Numbered from the stretch's first letter, positions 23,882 through 38,165 are shown. The stretch: DNA of 64,000 nt from Octopus sinensis (GCF_006345805.1 NC_042999.1:157046001-157110000), one strand, 5' to 3'. Notes: a model not told the origin generated them from the sequence alone. Made by a program: numbers and translations.

Positions 23882-24137
23882 GTAAGTAGCCAAAATGGCT
23901 TTCCATAGTATTTCTTCAGAAAATATTTATTAAGCAGGCTCTTCATTTTGGATTTGTTCATTTAGCTATTGCCAAAAGTTCTATCTAAATTCTGATACTG
24001 TCTTTGTTTTTGGTGTTAAAGCTCGTTAATCTGTCATGACACTTACTTCTGTTATGCTTGTTAATTACTGTGAGATCAAGTGTAAGAAAATGTGTGGCAT
24101 TGTTGTTATGTCTGTCTTGAATACTGTATTTATCCAA

Positions 24138-24550
24138 TAGGTGTAGGAGTGGCTGTGTGGTAAGTAGCTTGCTTACCAACCACATGGTTCCGGGTTCATT
24201 CCCACCTCGTGGCACTTTGGGTAAGTGTCTTCTACTATAGCCTCGGGCCGACCAAAGCCTTGTGAGTGGATTTGGTAGACGGAAACTGAAAGAAGCCCAT
24301 CGTATATATGTATATATATATGTGTGTATATGTTTGTGTGTCTGTGTTTGTCCCCCCAACATCACTTGACAACCGATGCTGGTGTGTTTACGTCCCCGTA
24401 ACTTAGCGGTTCGGCAAAAGAGACCGATAGAATAAGTACTAGGCTTACAAAGAATGAGTCCTGGGGTCGATTTGCTCGACTAAAAGGTGGTGCTCCAGCA
24501 TGGCCGCAGTCAAAATGACTGAAACAAGTAAAAGTAAAAGTAAAAGTAAA
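24138..24550 (+). mobile_element. SINE family C, full copy
   Basis: Family C consensus features. Confidence 0.9.
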
Positions 24551-24559
24551 TCCTTAGCC

Positions 24560-25770
24560 ACCAATAAGACAACTGTACTCCTATCACTTACATGGTCACT
24601 AGGAGACTGGTGTTTTCCTCCATCACATTCCATTCTGTGATTCAGCTACACCATCATCCATGACTGCCACTTTCTGAAATCAGGCTCCATGGCTATTCTT
24701 TTCTTTCCTCAGCCTTCACTCTTTCTTGCTGTGACAAACGAGCAAATAGCTGTTGTAGGTGACTTTCACATTCTGTTTCAGAGGAACCGGCAATGAGGAA
24801 ATCATTGATGTAGGCATTCATAAAAATGGAGATCATGGATTACTTCATCTATCATGTGTTGGAAAGAGCTCACAGCGTTATGTAATCCAAATGGCATTGT
24901 GAAATATCCAAACACTCAAAAAGGAGTGGTTACAGCAGTTTTTGGGGGTGTTGGCAGGGTGGATGGGGTATTTGTGACAAAGAAAACTTGGCTGACTGTG
25001 GAAACAAAACAGTCAGTGCCACGTACACTGAGTTGCATCTCATTGTTGATCAGTTGCCTGTTCTTCAGATCTACCAGCAAGGAAAAAGGGGAGAGGAAAT
25101 CTTCCCTAAGGATAGGGTACAGCAGATCAGCAACTAGAAAAACCCCACTGGAAGCGCGATTGTATATTCAAGGTGAGAGAAATTTCGCCATACATGATAA
25201 TAGGTAAATAGCTGACTGCTTGCAAGGTAGTGGCTGAAGGACATGCTTTTCTGGATGTATATTTGGCTGGCCAGATACTACAGGTGGCTCCTGAGTCAAC
25301 CAGGAGGCTCCTCTGGGAAATGTCATCTTTGATAAAAATTGCACGACTTGGTGGGGGTGATATCAGAAGCAGTAGCCATGCTTACTGCTCTGTTTGGGCA
25401 TGTCCCTGGGTACTATATGAGCAAGGTGGAATGCAATTCCTTGTCTTGGAGCTGAAATTGGTATGGTACCAACATATTGATCCCTGATTGTTAATGTAAC
25501 GATGTCTAGATAGAGATCTTGGAGTGGAATCAGCATCTAGCATGTGGGGTTGTATTCCTTTCCAAACGGAGGTTGTAAACCTCTGCTACCAGGTCTTTGA
25601 TTGTTTTTTCCATGGTGCATTGAAAATCCTGGAACTGAGATGCTATGGCCTCTACAGTAATAAAAGGGGGAGGAGTAGGAGAAGGTAATGTCAGGGTGAT
25701 TATCTTCATTACTTTATTGGCTGATGTCGCCAGTTGTTCAACAGTACTGATGCTGCACATGGGACGTTAG
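24560..25770 (-). mobile_element. Gypsy LTR-retrotransposon internal relic (gag-protease-RT)
   Basis: CWYHTNFSSKTRNCIPPC (gag knuckle), LLVDSGA (protease DSG at 25289-25297), KTAVTTPF..MPFGL.NA..FQ and AYINDFLI (RT). Confidence 0.8.
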
Positions 25771-25997
25771 CAGGCAGGTGAGGTAAAAATAGTTGCTTGA
25801 GAAATATATTGTGTACACTGTGCAAGTTATGAACACACTAGAATTACAAAAAGCTTAAAAGAGAAAGTAGTTATTGGGAAGGAGCAGTAAACACTGAGGA
25901 CAAACAGGAAAGAGATTTTTTCAAATGTTCAGGAGGTTCCCTAGAGATAGGAGATAACTTCTGCAACCCAGGCCACCTAATAAGCAGTGGAAGGGAA

Positions 25998-26432
25998 GGA
26001 TCTTTTTGGTTTGAACGGCAGTTTTTAACATAATTTCTAGGTAACTAAAAAATTGTTAACTTCATATACTGGTAGAATGTGTTTATAAAACATCTTTTTC
26101 TCTTGGCTTTATTGAGAAAATTCTATAGTTTGTAAGATATTTGTTGTTTTTTTTTTCTTCAATTTCTGCAATTTCAACAAATCAATGACGTCCATTGCGG
26201 TAAAAAACATTCTGTGCCGTATGAATATGTCCCTCGTTTAAGAAACAGATTGGGTTTATTTACATTTGTGAAGAAAAAAAGATACCCTTCCCCCCACCCC
26301 TAACCCTAACCCTAACTAACCCTATCCCTAAAACAGATTGAAATGCAGTAGATCAATTCTAGGGTCATAATTATGGGTGACAATTTCATATGACACCGCT
26401 AGAAAAAACTGCCGTTCAAACCGAAAAGATCC
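25998..26432 (+). mobile_element. Merlin-like MITE, family M, inserted into an RTE relic
   Basis: TIRs present. Perfect 8-bp TSD GAAGGGAA. Confidence 0.9.
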
Positions 26433-26870
26433 GAAGGGAACTGTTGAAAGTATATTTGCTAGAATAAAAATAGGATGGTGATGGTTCAGAGAATAATTAA
26501 CTTTGGTCTCTCAGAGAGAAAAGTAAATTATATGAGGCAGGCTAGTGTATGAAAAACAATGGGCTCCTGAATGTAGACATGCAAAGACTGCTGGAGCAAA
26601 CTAGCAACCTCAGTTCACATGAACAACAAAGTGTAAATGTACTGAGAAAAAAATTAGGCATAAGAGGAGACTGCACTGGTTTGGTCACGTAATGTGAATG
26701 GATGACGTCAGTGCTTAAAGTGGATGGCAATTATGAAAGGGTGAGATTCATGAAGACATGAAATGAAGTAGTGAAGGTTGATTTCAAGTGGTTTAGCCTC
26801 ACAGAGGAGATGACAAAAGACTGAGATGATTGACAATTCACTTTGTTCCAGAAGACAAAAGTGAGGTTCT
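26433..26870 (+). mobile_element. Degenerate RTE 3' fragment
   Basis: ARIKIGW..FRE and RLHWFGHV-like motifs, as in the 10600-12050 family. Confidence 0.6.
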
Positions 26871-26894
26871 GAAAACAAGATTATACCTATACAC

Positions 26895-27094
26895 CAGTGC
26901 TTTTCAAACTTTTTGCTGGAGCGGAACCCCAAGGAAAATTCCACTGGCTCGAGGAACCACTGTGCGATAATTTAATAGTCTTATGCACACATATCTGCAC
27001 AGGAAAATTAAAAATTACTGCCGATTTTAGCAGTTTTGTAACTTCTTTCGGAACCCCTAGACTGTACTGGCGGAACCCTGTTTGAAAACCACTG
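26895..27094. mobile_element. hAT (Charlie-like) MITE
   Basis: TIR CAGTG[C/G]TTTTCAAAC. Perfect 8-bp TSD CTATACAC. Confidence 0.9.
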
Positions 27095-27187
27095 CTATAC
27101 ACGCTGGGCCCTGTCCCTGTACCCAATCTTCCCCATCACCTATCCCTCCTATTGTTTTTCTATGTTCACTATTCAGCAGATGAATAG

Positions 27188-27527
27188 GTAAAGACCCCCT
27201 TCGGTCATGAATGACCATGGGATTGCACCTAGAAAGTTACCCTCCTAGACACAAGTCCAGGCAAGGTTGTTTATGGAAGACCAGCAGTCGCCCATGCATA
27301 CCAGCCTCCCCTCTCCACGCCACTAGTGTTATTCAAGGGAAAGACAAAGGTCGATACAGCTTGGCACCAGTGACGTCGCAACTCATTTCTACAGCTGAGT
27401 GAACTGGAGCAACGTGAAATAAAGTGCTTTGCTCAAGAACACAAAACGCAGCCCGGTCCGGGATTCGAGCTCACAACCTCACGATCGTAAGCTCGACGCT
27501 CTAACCACTGAGCCATGCACCTTCACA
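27188..27527 (-). mobile_element. tRNA-derived SINE family E
   Basis: Minus strand TGGCTCAGTGGTTAGAGC..GCTCGAATCCC head followed by GTGTTCTTGAGCAAAGCACTT core. Fragment at about 60043-60170. Confidence 0.8.
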
Positions 27528-28214
27528 CTATGAAGATGAAGCAGATGAATACAGAAGTGGTAATTATTTTTTCTCCCTTTTGCACTATCAGCTACCTCCT
27601 TCTTCCCCATGGGGTCACTTCCTATTAACCTCCATCCCTCATTCTCAATATCATCCTTCCCCACCTCTCCACACTATTTTTCATTGATCCTCACTCTCAC
27701 TTACCCCTTTCTGTGCTTTTAGATATCTCTCCCTCTCCTCTGAACTACATCTTAGGTCTGCCATACCTTCTTTAACACCCCTCATATCTGCTATAACTAT
27801 CAACACTCTGGCACTGTACACCTCTACCTTCCCCACTCTCACACCCTACACATCACCTACTTAGGTTCTCATCTATCTACAACTTTAATGTTTCAAAAAA
27901 AGGATGGGCGAATGTAGCAAGGATGGCATGTATGAATGACAAAGCCACCTTGAGCATAATCCTATGAACCCGGAAAAATTTAAAACAGAGAGTTACTTAC
28001 TTGCAAATAAATGTGTTAACATGTGACATTATCGAGGTTACCGTGGTCTTCCCCACCCCCATAGTCTTTTCTTTGCACGGATAAACCTTATCTGCTTCCC
28101 CCTATACACTTCACATCATGACATTTCTGTGATACACAATCCCTATTGATCGTTTTTTTTCTCTCTTTTTACAATCCCTTTTGATCAAAAACCTACCCCC
28201 TTTTTATTTTTTAT

Positions 28215-28357
28215 TCTTATTTTTATTTATACCCTTCCCCCCACCCCTAACCCTAAAACAGATTGAAATGCAATAGATCGATACTAGGGTCATAATTATG
28301 GGTGGCAATTTCATATGACACCGCTAGAAAAGACTGCCGTTCAAACCGAAAAGATCC
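28215..28357 (+). mobile_element. Right end of a Merlin-like MITE (family M or related)
   Basis: CCCTAA region and right TIR present. Left half is divergent and no matching TSD was found. Confidence 0.75.
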
Positions 28358-29243
28358 CTAATATTTTCTATCAACCACACATCAACACTTGTTCACTCAC
28401 CACCATCTAACCATCTGCCACTTTCCTCTCACACTCTTATAAAATTATCCACCCTCTCCTTTCTCCTTGATCCACTGTCCACATTCTTATCTCATCACCA
28501 CCATCTTTACCTTCTTTCCACCTACTGTAATCCACCCTTACATAATTGAAGGTAGTCATGTACCTCCTCCATAGCAAGACACCTGCGCTTGCTTCTCAGT
28601 CATTCTTTAGTTTTTCAATACTTGGCATAAAGCCACCTCTCCCTCTCTTAAATACATTCCCAGTCAGTTGAAGAGGCTTTTTGCCTTTCTTTCTTTCTCT
28701 TGCATGTTATTAGGCAACCTTACTAGTACCAGTATCATGTAAAAGATACCCAACATACACTGTAAAGGGGGTTGCATTAGGAAGGGCAACAAGCTGTAGG
28801 AACCAAGCCCAAACAGATTGGAGCATGGTATAGCTCTCCGGCTTACCAGTTCCTCTCAAACAACTTAACCCATGTCAGCATGGAGAACAGACACTAAATG
28901 ACAATGATGGTGAGTGATGATGATGATATATATATATATGTATATATTAGAAGGTTTGGAGATGATGTACAGGTATTATATAGTAGAAAAAATAAGGTAC
29001 ACACACACACACACACATACGTACTCTCTCTCACTTTCTCCCCATTCCTCACCCTTTTGTACTAACTTATATCTCTCTCCACCCCTAAAAAGAGACAAAA
29101 TTTCTGAAAAAGTTCAATCTGACGACTCCACTAGAGTGGATGCAAGCGCTAGTATATGATATATATGATTTATAAAAACATATGACATATTAATAAATAT
29201 CTGTAAATATAAAAATCATCCAGATTTCTAAGTACCTTATTTC

Positions 29244-29298
<55 letters not shown>

Positions 29299-29439
29299 CA
29301 TACTGGGAGAAAGGAAAGAAATGAAACGAAACAACGCGAGGGCGCTCTGTCATACAATAATGTAATAAATAAAATATATGCATACATACATACATATATG
29401 TACGTACCTACATCTACATGTATATATACATGCATATAT

Positions 29440-29712
29440 AAATATATATATGTGAGTACAGGACACCACAAATAGACGTAGAACTCAACGAGAAACGAAA
29501 ACATAAAAACAAGGGAACGGACTTTTTTTAACAACGAAAAAACAGAACACAGGACAAACAACACAAGGAACATTCCCCTTCATCAGCTGTCCCCGGTTCG
29601 ACTCCATGCGTGTTTCGAAGGTCAGAACACGCTCGTCGGACCGGTCCTTCCTGCGAGGGAATTAAATAAAATTCCCTTGCAGAGGGGTAAAAACAAGGAA
29701 AGAAAAAAATGT
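29440..29712 (-). mobile_element. Probable Penelope-type terminal-repeat fragment within TA microsatellite
   Basis: Pyrimidine-rich minus strand, 13-bp hairpin near 29651-29682, and CTGATGA flanked by a GGACAG/TTGTCC stem but lacking GAAA. Confidence 0.4.
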
Positions 29713-30311
29713 GATATATATATATAGGCGTGCATATGCACACACACACACACAGAGTAAAATGCAAACACAAAAAACAAAATCTAATGATGAAAGTGCA
29801 AGAGATGTTCACAGTCAGTGTTTGACACTCAAAACAGGAATGGAAAGAATGATGGGTGTTTTGTTTCTGGCAGTTTCCTTTTTTGGATACAAAAGGAAAG
29901 TTCAGAAGAAAATGGGAAGGGGAAGAAGAGAAGGAAAAAAAGCATGAAGGATTCAGTTTACTTGTTTGACCTCTGACTAACAGGAAGTAGAGAGCATGAT
30001 TGTTATTTTAATGCAAAAGATTGATATTGGAGAACATTAAGCTGTGGGTGTGTGTGCATTTGTGTGTGTGTATGTGTGAGTGTGAATGCGCTTGTGTACA
30101 TGTATGTGTATGCTAGTGTGTGTGTGTGTGTGTTTATGTGTATGTGTATGGGTGTGTGACTATGGTATTAGTTGGATGTTTAAGTGGATGTTGTTTGAGA
30201 AAAATCTGTTTTAAGGAGATTGTGTGCATACGGTAGGAGTGGTCAGTGGAACTGAGCACTGTGTGTGTAAGCATATGAGAGTGTCAGGCTTGTATAGTAG
30301 GGTGTGTGTGT

Positions 30312-30342
<31 letters not shown>

Positions 30343-30650
30343 CATGCATGCGCGTCCATCCATGTGCATTTGCCATCAGCAGCAGATCATAAGGTTGCCA
30401 ATCCATCAAGGTTGCTCAGCTCTGATGTAAGACTTTTCTAAAATCACCAAACCAAAGAAGCATAAAGAAACCAAACATTGACTCAAACAGCTAGCAGTGT
30501 GCATCAAATATGAAAAAAATGCCAAACAAATAATCTGTGTTAAACACATTCTGAAAATGTAGAATGTGACACAGCTGCATATTTCTCTTTTGAAAATCAG
30601 GAAAATTGCGAAAACAGTTGAGCAATTGTAAATAAATTTCTGTAAATTTC

Positions 30651-31005
30651 TGTGTGGTAAGTAGCTTGCTTAAGAACCACATGGTTCTGGGTTCAGTCCC
30701 ATTGCGTGGCACCTTGGGCAAGTGTCTTCTACTATAGCTTCGGGCCGACCAAAGCCTTGTGAGTGGATTTGGTAGATGGAAACTGAAAGAAGCCCGTTAT
30801 ATATATGTGTGTGTGTGTGCATACATTTGTGTGTCTGTGTTTGTCCCCCCAACATCACTTGACAACTGATGCTGGTGTGTTTACATCCCCGTAACTTAAT
30901 GGTTCGGCAAAAGAGACCGATAGAATAAATCCTAGGTCGATTTGCTCGACTAAGGGTGGTGCTCCAGTATGGCCACTGTCAAATGAGTGAAACAAGTTAA
31001 AAGAA
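30651..31005 (+). mobile_element. SINE family C copy
   Basis: Family C features. Confidence 0.85.
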
Positions 31006-31019
31006 AAAATACATCATCG

Positions 31020-34000
31020 TGTGACACATTTGGACACACCATCAGTGATGTTTCCTGGAGTCAGCAGATATTTTAGGTCTTTTGACCATTTAGACATCCT
31101 CAACCAGATGACCTACCAAGGTTGATCAAGTTCTAATTCATGTCTAGTTAGCAGTGTCCCTTTCAGGGTTCATATCCCCTGATCCAAAGCCACTTTGAGG
31201 CAACCTCTGTAGTTTCCACAGCCAACCTGATGGCCTTCTGCCTACTTAGAGGGAGTAACCTGCAAGCCTCTGCATTCGTCCTCAATGGGATCACACCTTG
31301 CCTGTCACATATGGCTTTGGCACAGCTCCACCAGCTCAGCATATTTCCTTCTCTCGTTTGCTTCCTTGATGCAGACATCCCAGGGAACGGAGAGTTTTAA
31401 CAGAATCACCTGCTTGGATATTTCTGAGATCAGCATTATACCTGAACTTTGTGATATTGAAATGATAGCTTTGGGGAATTTCTGCTTCTTTCAGTTCAAC
31501 TTTCAGCTCCGTCTTCTGCTGTTGCATGAAGGCAAAAAACGTGTAGACCTAACAGATGGCACATTCTTCACACCAGCCCTGACAAAGGCAATAAACTTCT
31601 TTGTAAGGTAGAATTGCTTGCAAGGGCTGATCTCACATCAGATGATGTCTGCTAAGAACTTCAAAACCTGATCATGCTTCCAGCAATAGCATCCCTCTCT
31701 CAGAGCTTTTGAACGGCTACTACGGATGTGCTCCAGAGTTCCTTTCCTCAGGCACCAAGGGCAAACTAATGATTGCAACTTTCTTCAGCAAAACAACTTG
31801 GATGGGCATGGTAGGATATCATAAACTGCCGGAATTTGGACTTTTATCTAGTGAGACTCCACTCTATAAAGGTTAGACTATGAGACTTTGTGTACCACCA
31901 CTTGGTTTTATCTGACCCAGGCTCCCTGGCACCTCGTTCCAACATGCTTGCTAGGTCACTCCTCCTCAGTCGAAGCTCACACCTCATCCTGGATCCATAG
32001 CCTACTGTCCTTTCCTTGCACCATGTCATTATGAGGTATTGTGGTGCTATGCAGGTCAACCCTTCTATGAGGTACATAAAGCCCCAAGAGTACTCTGTAT
32101 CTTAGCACTCCACTTTCATCTTGTTTTGGCCTCAATATCAGCCTGGGAGACTTTAGCATTGCAAGAGTCATGGTACTACAACACCTTCCCAGAATGGGTT
32201 GCTGATGTGAAACTTTAGCTCATTATTCATTCCATATAGGGTGATATTGCTCAAGCACCAAATGAGTCCCAGCCATTTCCATAGAGACCCACTGACTCAT
32301 CTCTCAAAACACTCCACTATGGATATTAGGACCTCATAAATGAAGAGCAGCTAAAGAATCCACAGAAGGATGCCATGTTGGTAAATCTAAGTCTTATACT
32401 TGCCAGGAAGATTTTACTAACCGGCTTCAAATTCTTTGTTGGTTTCATAGGTGGATGATGTGCCTTTCGGGCTGCTACAAAACACCTTTCTCAGGCTTTC
32501 ACTGATTCTTCATGGATGCATGGTATCTGTATGCAACCAACTAAGAAGCCAAAAATAATTCTAACTCTACCTTCTTTTCTTCAGCAAATGATATCTGACC
32601 TTAGCTGGCTCAAAACTTAAGTGAGCCCAAGGTATCAATCCTTCAAGGTTGTTTAGGATTCTCATGCTTCTCAACACTGATGTCATTGCCACAGTTAGGT
32701 CATCCATAAAGACCCTGATAGGGGGCTGTCAAACACCAAGCATGGTGAGGAGTCTTCTGCACTGCACTTCCACCAATTTTACCAACATGATCATTGCAAA
32801 AGCAAAAAGGATCACTGAAATGGTACCTGCAATGATAATGCCTTTCTTGAGCCTGTGCTACTCTGATGCTGAGACTCAGACAGAAGCTGTAGTAATAGTC
32901 CAGAGTGAGACCTCTGAACCTGTTTGGGATATGGTGTCTGTCGAGAAACCATAACCCGCTTCAAGGATTTGGACCCATGAGAGTTCACAAGATCCAACCA
33001 TAGCACTGCTTGGTCTCCTCTGTTCTCCTCTGGTTTCTCTTATCTACTGGATGATCATACTTAAGTGCTCCAGACACTCTCATACTGTTGCAATATATCT
33101 TTTCTGAACTGAGGTATCAATGTAGTGATTCCTCAGAAGATAGTTTCTCAAGTGACTAGCAACAATATTGTAGAATATCTTCCCCTCAACACTGAACAAC
33201 AAAATTATTCCTGACTGACTGATAAACCATTGCTCTTTCTATGGAATCCAGACACTTCTGCATACCTCCACAGTTGAGTCAACCTTGCCTCTTTTCCAGA
33301 TCACTCTCAGGACCTTCCAGAACCTGTGAAGTACCTTTGGGAATTACTTACCTTGTAAGATACTCCACTCAGCCCTGAAAGCATGTTCTTTTGGACCACA
33401 TTGCAACTGAACTCCTTCCTATCAAATTCCATGGTTGGTGCATATGGGTTAATCAAGGGCCTGCAGTGTCTTAGGTCTTGGTCCCTGGAATCAGAACTGA
33501 AGGTGGCTCTGAGGTGAATGCTGAACTAACCTTTGGACCAGGTGAATTGACTACTATGTTTCTTCTCTAGCAGTTATTTTGTAAACTTACATGTGTTAGC
33601 TAGAATGGTAATTCACTTCTTGACTTTCTCCTTCTGCTGTCTCCTATGACCCTTTAGCCCTCCTCAGTGTTACAAGCTTCCTGCACAATATACTCTACAT
33701 GTTCACTAGAGCTCTCCCTTACCCCTTCATCACCTCTTTGAACTGTCATCTCAAGGTCTTAAGCTCCTTCATGAGTTGGTAAATTTTGTTAGCTCTGTTA
33801 CTCATGATATAGGGAGACTTCATATTTTTTATTCTCTTCCAGTCCAAGCCTCTAAGCTGCTAGACTGGTTATAGTAGTCATTGTCTGAAGTCAATGATCG
33901 GCATCTCCCTTGGTTATCGCTTCCAAGATGCGATTAACATCCATATAAAACTGGTACCACACCTTGTTAGCTTCAGGCCATTTTACCTGAAAATGCTCTG

Positions 34001-34180
34001 TTACTCTCTTTGGATTAGGGGCATGTGACACCTGAAGGTTCTGGGAAATATCAGTTGACAGTGACCCTGGGTCGCTGTGGTACAGGCATCATCTCTAAAC
34101 ATTTGATTTGGCCTGGTGGATCTTCAGGCATCACAGGTTCTTGCAAATCTTTCCACAAATGCTTTCTGAATTCATTCTTC
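31020..34180 (-). mobile_element. Near full-length, degenerate Hero-type (R2/NeSL group) non-LTR retrotransposon with REL endonuclease
   Basis: N-terminal KICKNL..LKIHQ Zn finger, RVKWPEANK, WLDLVNSHGS, TISVILF, QPPIRVFMDDLTV (FMDD at 32699-32710), GTLEHI..WKHDQVL and EVASKWLWIR. Confidence 0.85.
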
Positions 34181-34599
34181 TATACACACTCACACACACA
34201 CATATGAGGCACTGGGATATGTAATACACTGCCTAAATATCAATCTTGAAAAAATTTGGTTTCTCAAAACCTGAAAGGAGAAAGTTGATTCAAAGACTAC
34301 TAATCCAAGCCATCATTGGATCGGTAAAACTTTCCAGAAGTTTATCATTTAAGTATATATGAACATGTCTAGATATGCAGGTATATGCATGAGAAGACAT
34401 AAATAAAACAAACCATACAAATCTACACATATACATACATATGATACATACAAAAATATCCTGTTGTTGATGTTGAAATTCCAGTGAAGGAGCCTTGGAT
34501 CTAGGTTAGAAACCAGCTCTTTCTCTTTTGGCAAGAAATTTTGAAATAAAACTGAATAATGACATACATACATTTAAAACAGTTTGCTTTGGATCCATA

Positions 34600-35270
34600 T
34601 GACTTGGAATTTCACAAGCTTCTATAAAAAAACTTGGCTCATTCAGGTTCAGATTACCAAATGAAGAAACACAGTAATTCCAAGGTAGCTACTGGAATAC
34701 GGGCTGCTATTGATCAAGGCAGGATATATGGAGTTGTTAGAAGTGAGATAGGCACTTCAGAAACACATATGCATTAGAGAATTTCTTGGACTGCGTGGTG
34801 TCTTGATGTCTAGAGGACTTTTGCTCAACAACTGCAGCAAGTATATGAGGATTGTAAAGCCAACTACCTGGCATTGGCCAATGAAAGGTACACTTTCCTA
34901 CAGCATCACAACGCTCCAGCACACATTACCAATGTAATCAAGCATAAACTTGAGGAACTTGCTGTCTCACCCTACCTACATTTCAGCCCTTGCAGCATCA
35001 GAACTACCAGCTTTTCCAAGCCATATCTCATTTCCTGCACAGTTGGAGGTTCAACAATGTGGATGAGGTTGGAACTGGATGCAGGAAGATTCTTCATCTG
35101 AACCAATCGAATGGTTGTAAGTTTGGAATTGAGGGTCTGGCATAATGATGGCAATGGACAATAAAATATGATAGTTATATTTTGATGAATAAATACTTTT
35201 TGAATGTAATTTGTTTGAACTATTAATTTAAAGTTTGAAGTAGGAGAACTTTGCTTCAACCCTGTATCTA
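34600..35270 (+). mobile_element. Degenerate mariner 3' fragment
   Basis: FLQHHNAPAH..KHKLEEL (LHDNARPH-like). Ends in AACCCTGTA, a CAGGGT-type TIR plus TA. Confidence 0.6.
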
Positions 35271-35346
35271 TATACACACATACACACACATGTACGCACG
35301 CATACATACATACATACATACATACATACAGACAGACATACATACA

Positions 35347-35409
<63 letters not shown>

Positions 35410-35729
35410 TTATAAATAAGGATAATTTTGATATTTAAATATCGATATTATCAAGTGGCCAGCATGGGAAAAAATACCATACAAAGGTAATAATTTTTTA
35501 CAACTAAAAATAAGGGTGTCTGAGAGACACCACCATGCTGAAATAGCAGTCAAATCCCTGACTCTATGAACCACCTTAAATGTTCCTATCGCACCTTGAG
35601 ATAAGACAGAGGGACAAAATAGACTAGCAAAAAGATATTACTGGATAATTCAAGATCCAGGATTTCTAGCTTTGCTTCAAATAAGCTCTGGCTTCATCAG
35701 TTGAATATACCAGATGGGCACATAAATAG

Positions 35730-35789
<60 letters not shown>

Positions 35790-36203
35790 ATATGTATGTA
35801 TATATATATGCTGAATGGTGGTATAGTATGGGCAGATTTTTGAAATCCATTGACTCTTTATACATTTATACAATTATACAATTATGCTTTTTCAAGAAGA
35901 TATGATAAACCTATTATAATGGGTAATACTCCATGTAGTTTTTATATTGTGATGTAATCTTTGGACAAAGAATGTTTGCGGTTGAAGAGAGCTTTAAACC
36001 ATTTTTTATATCAATAATACACTGATGTAATAACGGATTGTTTATGAAGCTTGAAACATGTGTACCACAATATCCTTTGTGTTCTGTTTTTAATTTATAT
36101 TTGATATATTCTTTCACCTCTGCCACTATCTGGCATATACAGGTGCTTACACTTATCAAGTATTCACTCTAAATTTACAGTACCTATATATATATATGTA
36201 TAA

Positions 36204-36253
<50 letters not shown>

Positions 36254-36641
36254 CATATTTAATGTATATACATCATTGACAAGCAAGTTACTGCAGTTTT
36301 TTGTTTGTTATAAATGCCTAATATGTGCTGTGCTTAAAAACACTATATATTTCAGGAAAGAGACAAAAAAACATTGCCCTGACAGCAGCTTAGTGAATAC
36401 ATTATACACTGTATACCACACCAGAGGTGACAGATCTCATCTAGATGAGTGGCTGACTATGAGTACATGTCATCGAAAAATCCCAAGAAGATTGAAATGC
36501 ATCTACATCATTTTCGATAGCTGTCATTACTGGGATGATATTCTATCTCACATTGTGTTTTTAAGTACAGCATATCTGTATCAGATTTCATCACACCCAA
36601 AAACTGCAGTATCTTGCCTGTTAATGGTGTATATATATTAA

Positions 36642-36860
36642 CCCTTTCATTACCAACCCACTGAAACCGGCTCTGGCTCTGAGTACAAATATCTTGTTTT
36701 CATAAGTTTTGAATTAAAATCTTCCACCAAACTTTAATCGCAATTTATGTTCTTTACACTAGCTGAATGATAACTAAATTATTTTACTAAATTCTTTGTT
36801 ATATTTAAAATAATTGAAAGAAACACAGAGCATCTCAAAATAAATACAGTAAAGAAAGGG
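36642..36860. mobile_element. piggyBac-like MITE
   Basis: TTAA TSD on both sides. CCCTTTC/GAAAGGG ends. Confidence 0.85.
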
Positions 36861-37037
36861 TTAAGTATGGCACATGTATTGCTTAATAGACTGTGGCAGT
36901 AGTTGAGGTGTCAGAATGAGGTCATTTTCAGAGGCATATGTCATCCCTGGGTGTATGGATTTTCTTATGATGTTTATTTATATTAGCATTATTGATGTAC
37001 TTTTATTTGGTGAAAGATGATGAGTAAGAAATGTCTA

Positions 37038-37430
37038 GAAGGACATCTTGTGAAACCATTTGGTTCTTGTGGAAGGACATCTTGTGAAACCATTTGTTTC
37101 TTGTGGAAGAACATCTTGTGAAACCATTTGGTTCTTGTGGAAGGACATCTTGTGAAACCATTTGGTTCTTGTGGTAGGACATCTTGTGAAACCATTTGGT
37201 TCTTGTGGAAAGACATCTTGTGAAACCATTTGGTTCTTGTGGAAGGACATCTTGTGAAACCATTTGGTTCTTGTGGAAAGACATCTTGTGAAACTATTTG
37301 GTTCTTGTGGAAGGACATCTTGTAAAACTATTTGGTTCTTGTGGAAGGACATCTTGTGAAGCCATTTGGTTCTTGTGGAAGGACATCTTGTGAAACCATT
37401 TGGTTCTTGTGGAAGGACATCTTGTGACAC
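37038..37430. repeat. 34-bp minisatellite, about 11.5 copies
   Basis: Unit GAAGGACATCTTGTGAAACCATTTGGTTCTTGTG. Confidence 0.95.
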
Positions 37431-38165
37431 TGTTTGGCTCCACAAGACACTATCCTACTTTGTCCACTGTGCTAGTACACATGATAAACCTGACAAATCT
37501 GGATGTCTCCCCCACCTCTCTCTCTCTCTCTTTGCTCAATTTCCAACTCGGGATTATGGAGTAGGTTTCCATTTACACCAACTTCAATAAGAAAGCGACA
37601 ACTGGGAATCCGTTTGTACACTACAAGCTGGCCCTTTACACCAGAGTCAAAGCCTACTATGTACAAAATGCAATCTTAGATAGAAAAGCCAAGGAATGAA
37701 ACATGCAATTGTAGAATCAAGGAGGCTATCTAATTAATAAGTTTTTATCTTCATCAAAAAATGAGAAATACATAAGACAGACCGGTTACTAGATCAACAC
37801 CAGTTTGCATATGTCACTACTCTTTACCATATGCAAACATAACAGCTCTATATCGTTTCCTATTTTGCCACATATCCTGAGGAAGTGGTACTAACCCTGA
37901 AATATTGAAGAAATATGAAGTAAAACTGTTGTTCTTTTTTCTTATGTATTTCATTCATTTTGCATCGTTTCTACCTTTTAACAAGGAAATATTGTCTTGG
38001 AATTAAACATTTTTGATATTCATCACATAAATTAGTGATGGAACATTCCTATCAAACTTACACCACATACAAATACAATATATGGACATTTTTTTTCAAA
38101 ATCAGCATCGATGAGAACTTTCTTGGGAAATTTCTTGCAAATCTACAATTGAGGTTACAGTAGAA

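Noticed and set aside
29540-29600. Possible hammerhead on the minus strand (GGACAG-CTGATGA..TTGTCC)
   Set aside because: The essential GAAA and NUH elements are missing. At most a decayed motif.
36356-36641. Phase-2 acceptor and open frame that could be an extra host exon
   Set aside because: No convincing phase-2 donor before the stop. Exons B and C already join in frame and give a coherent Cys pattern.
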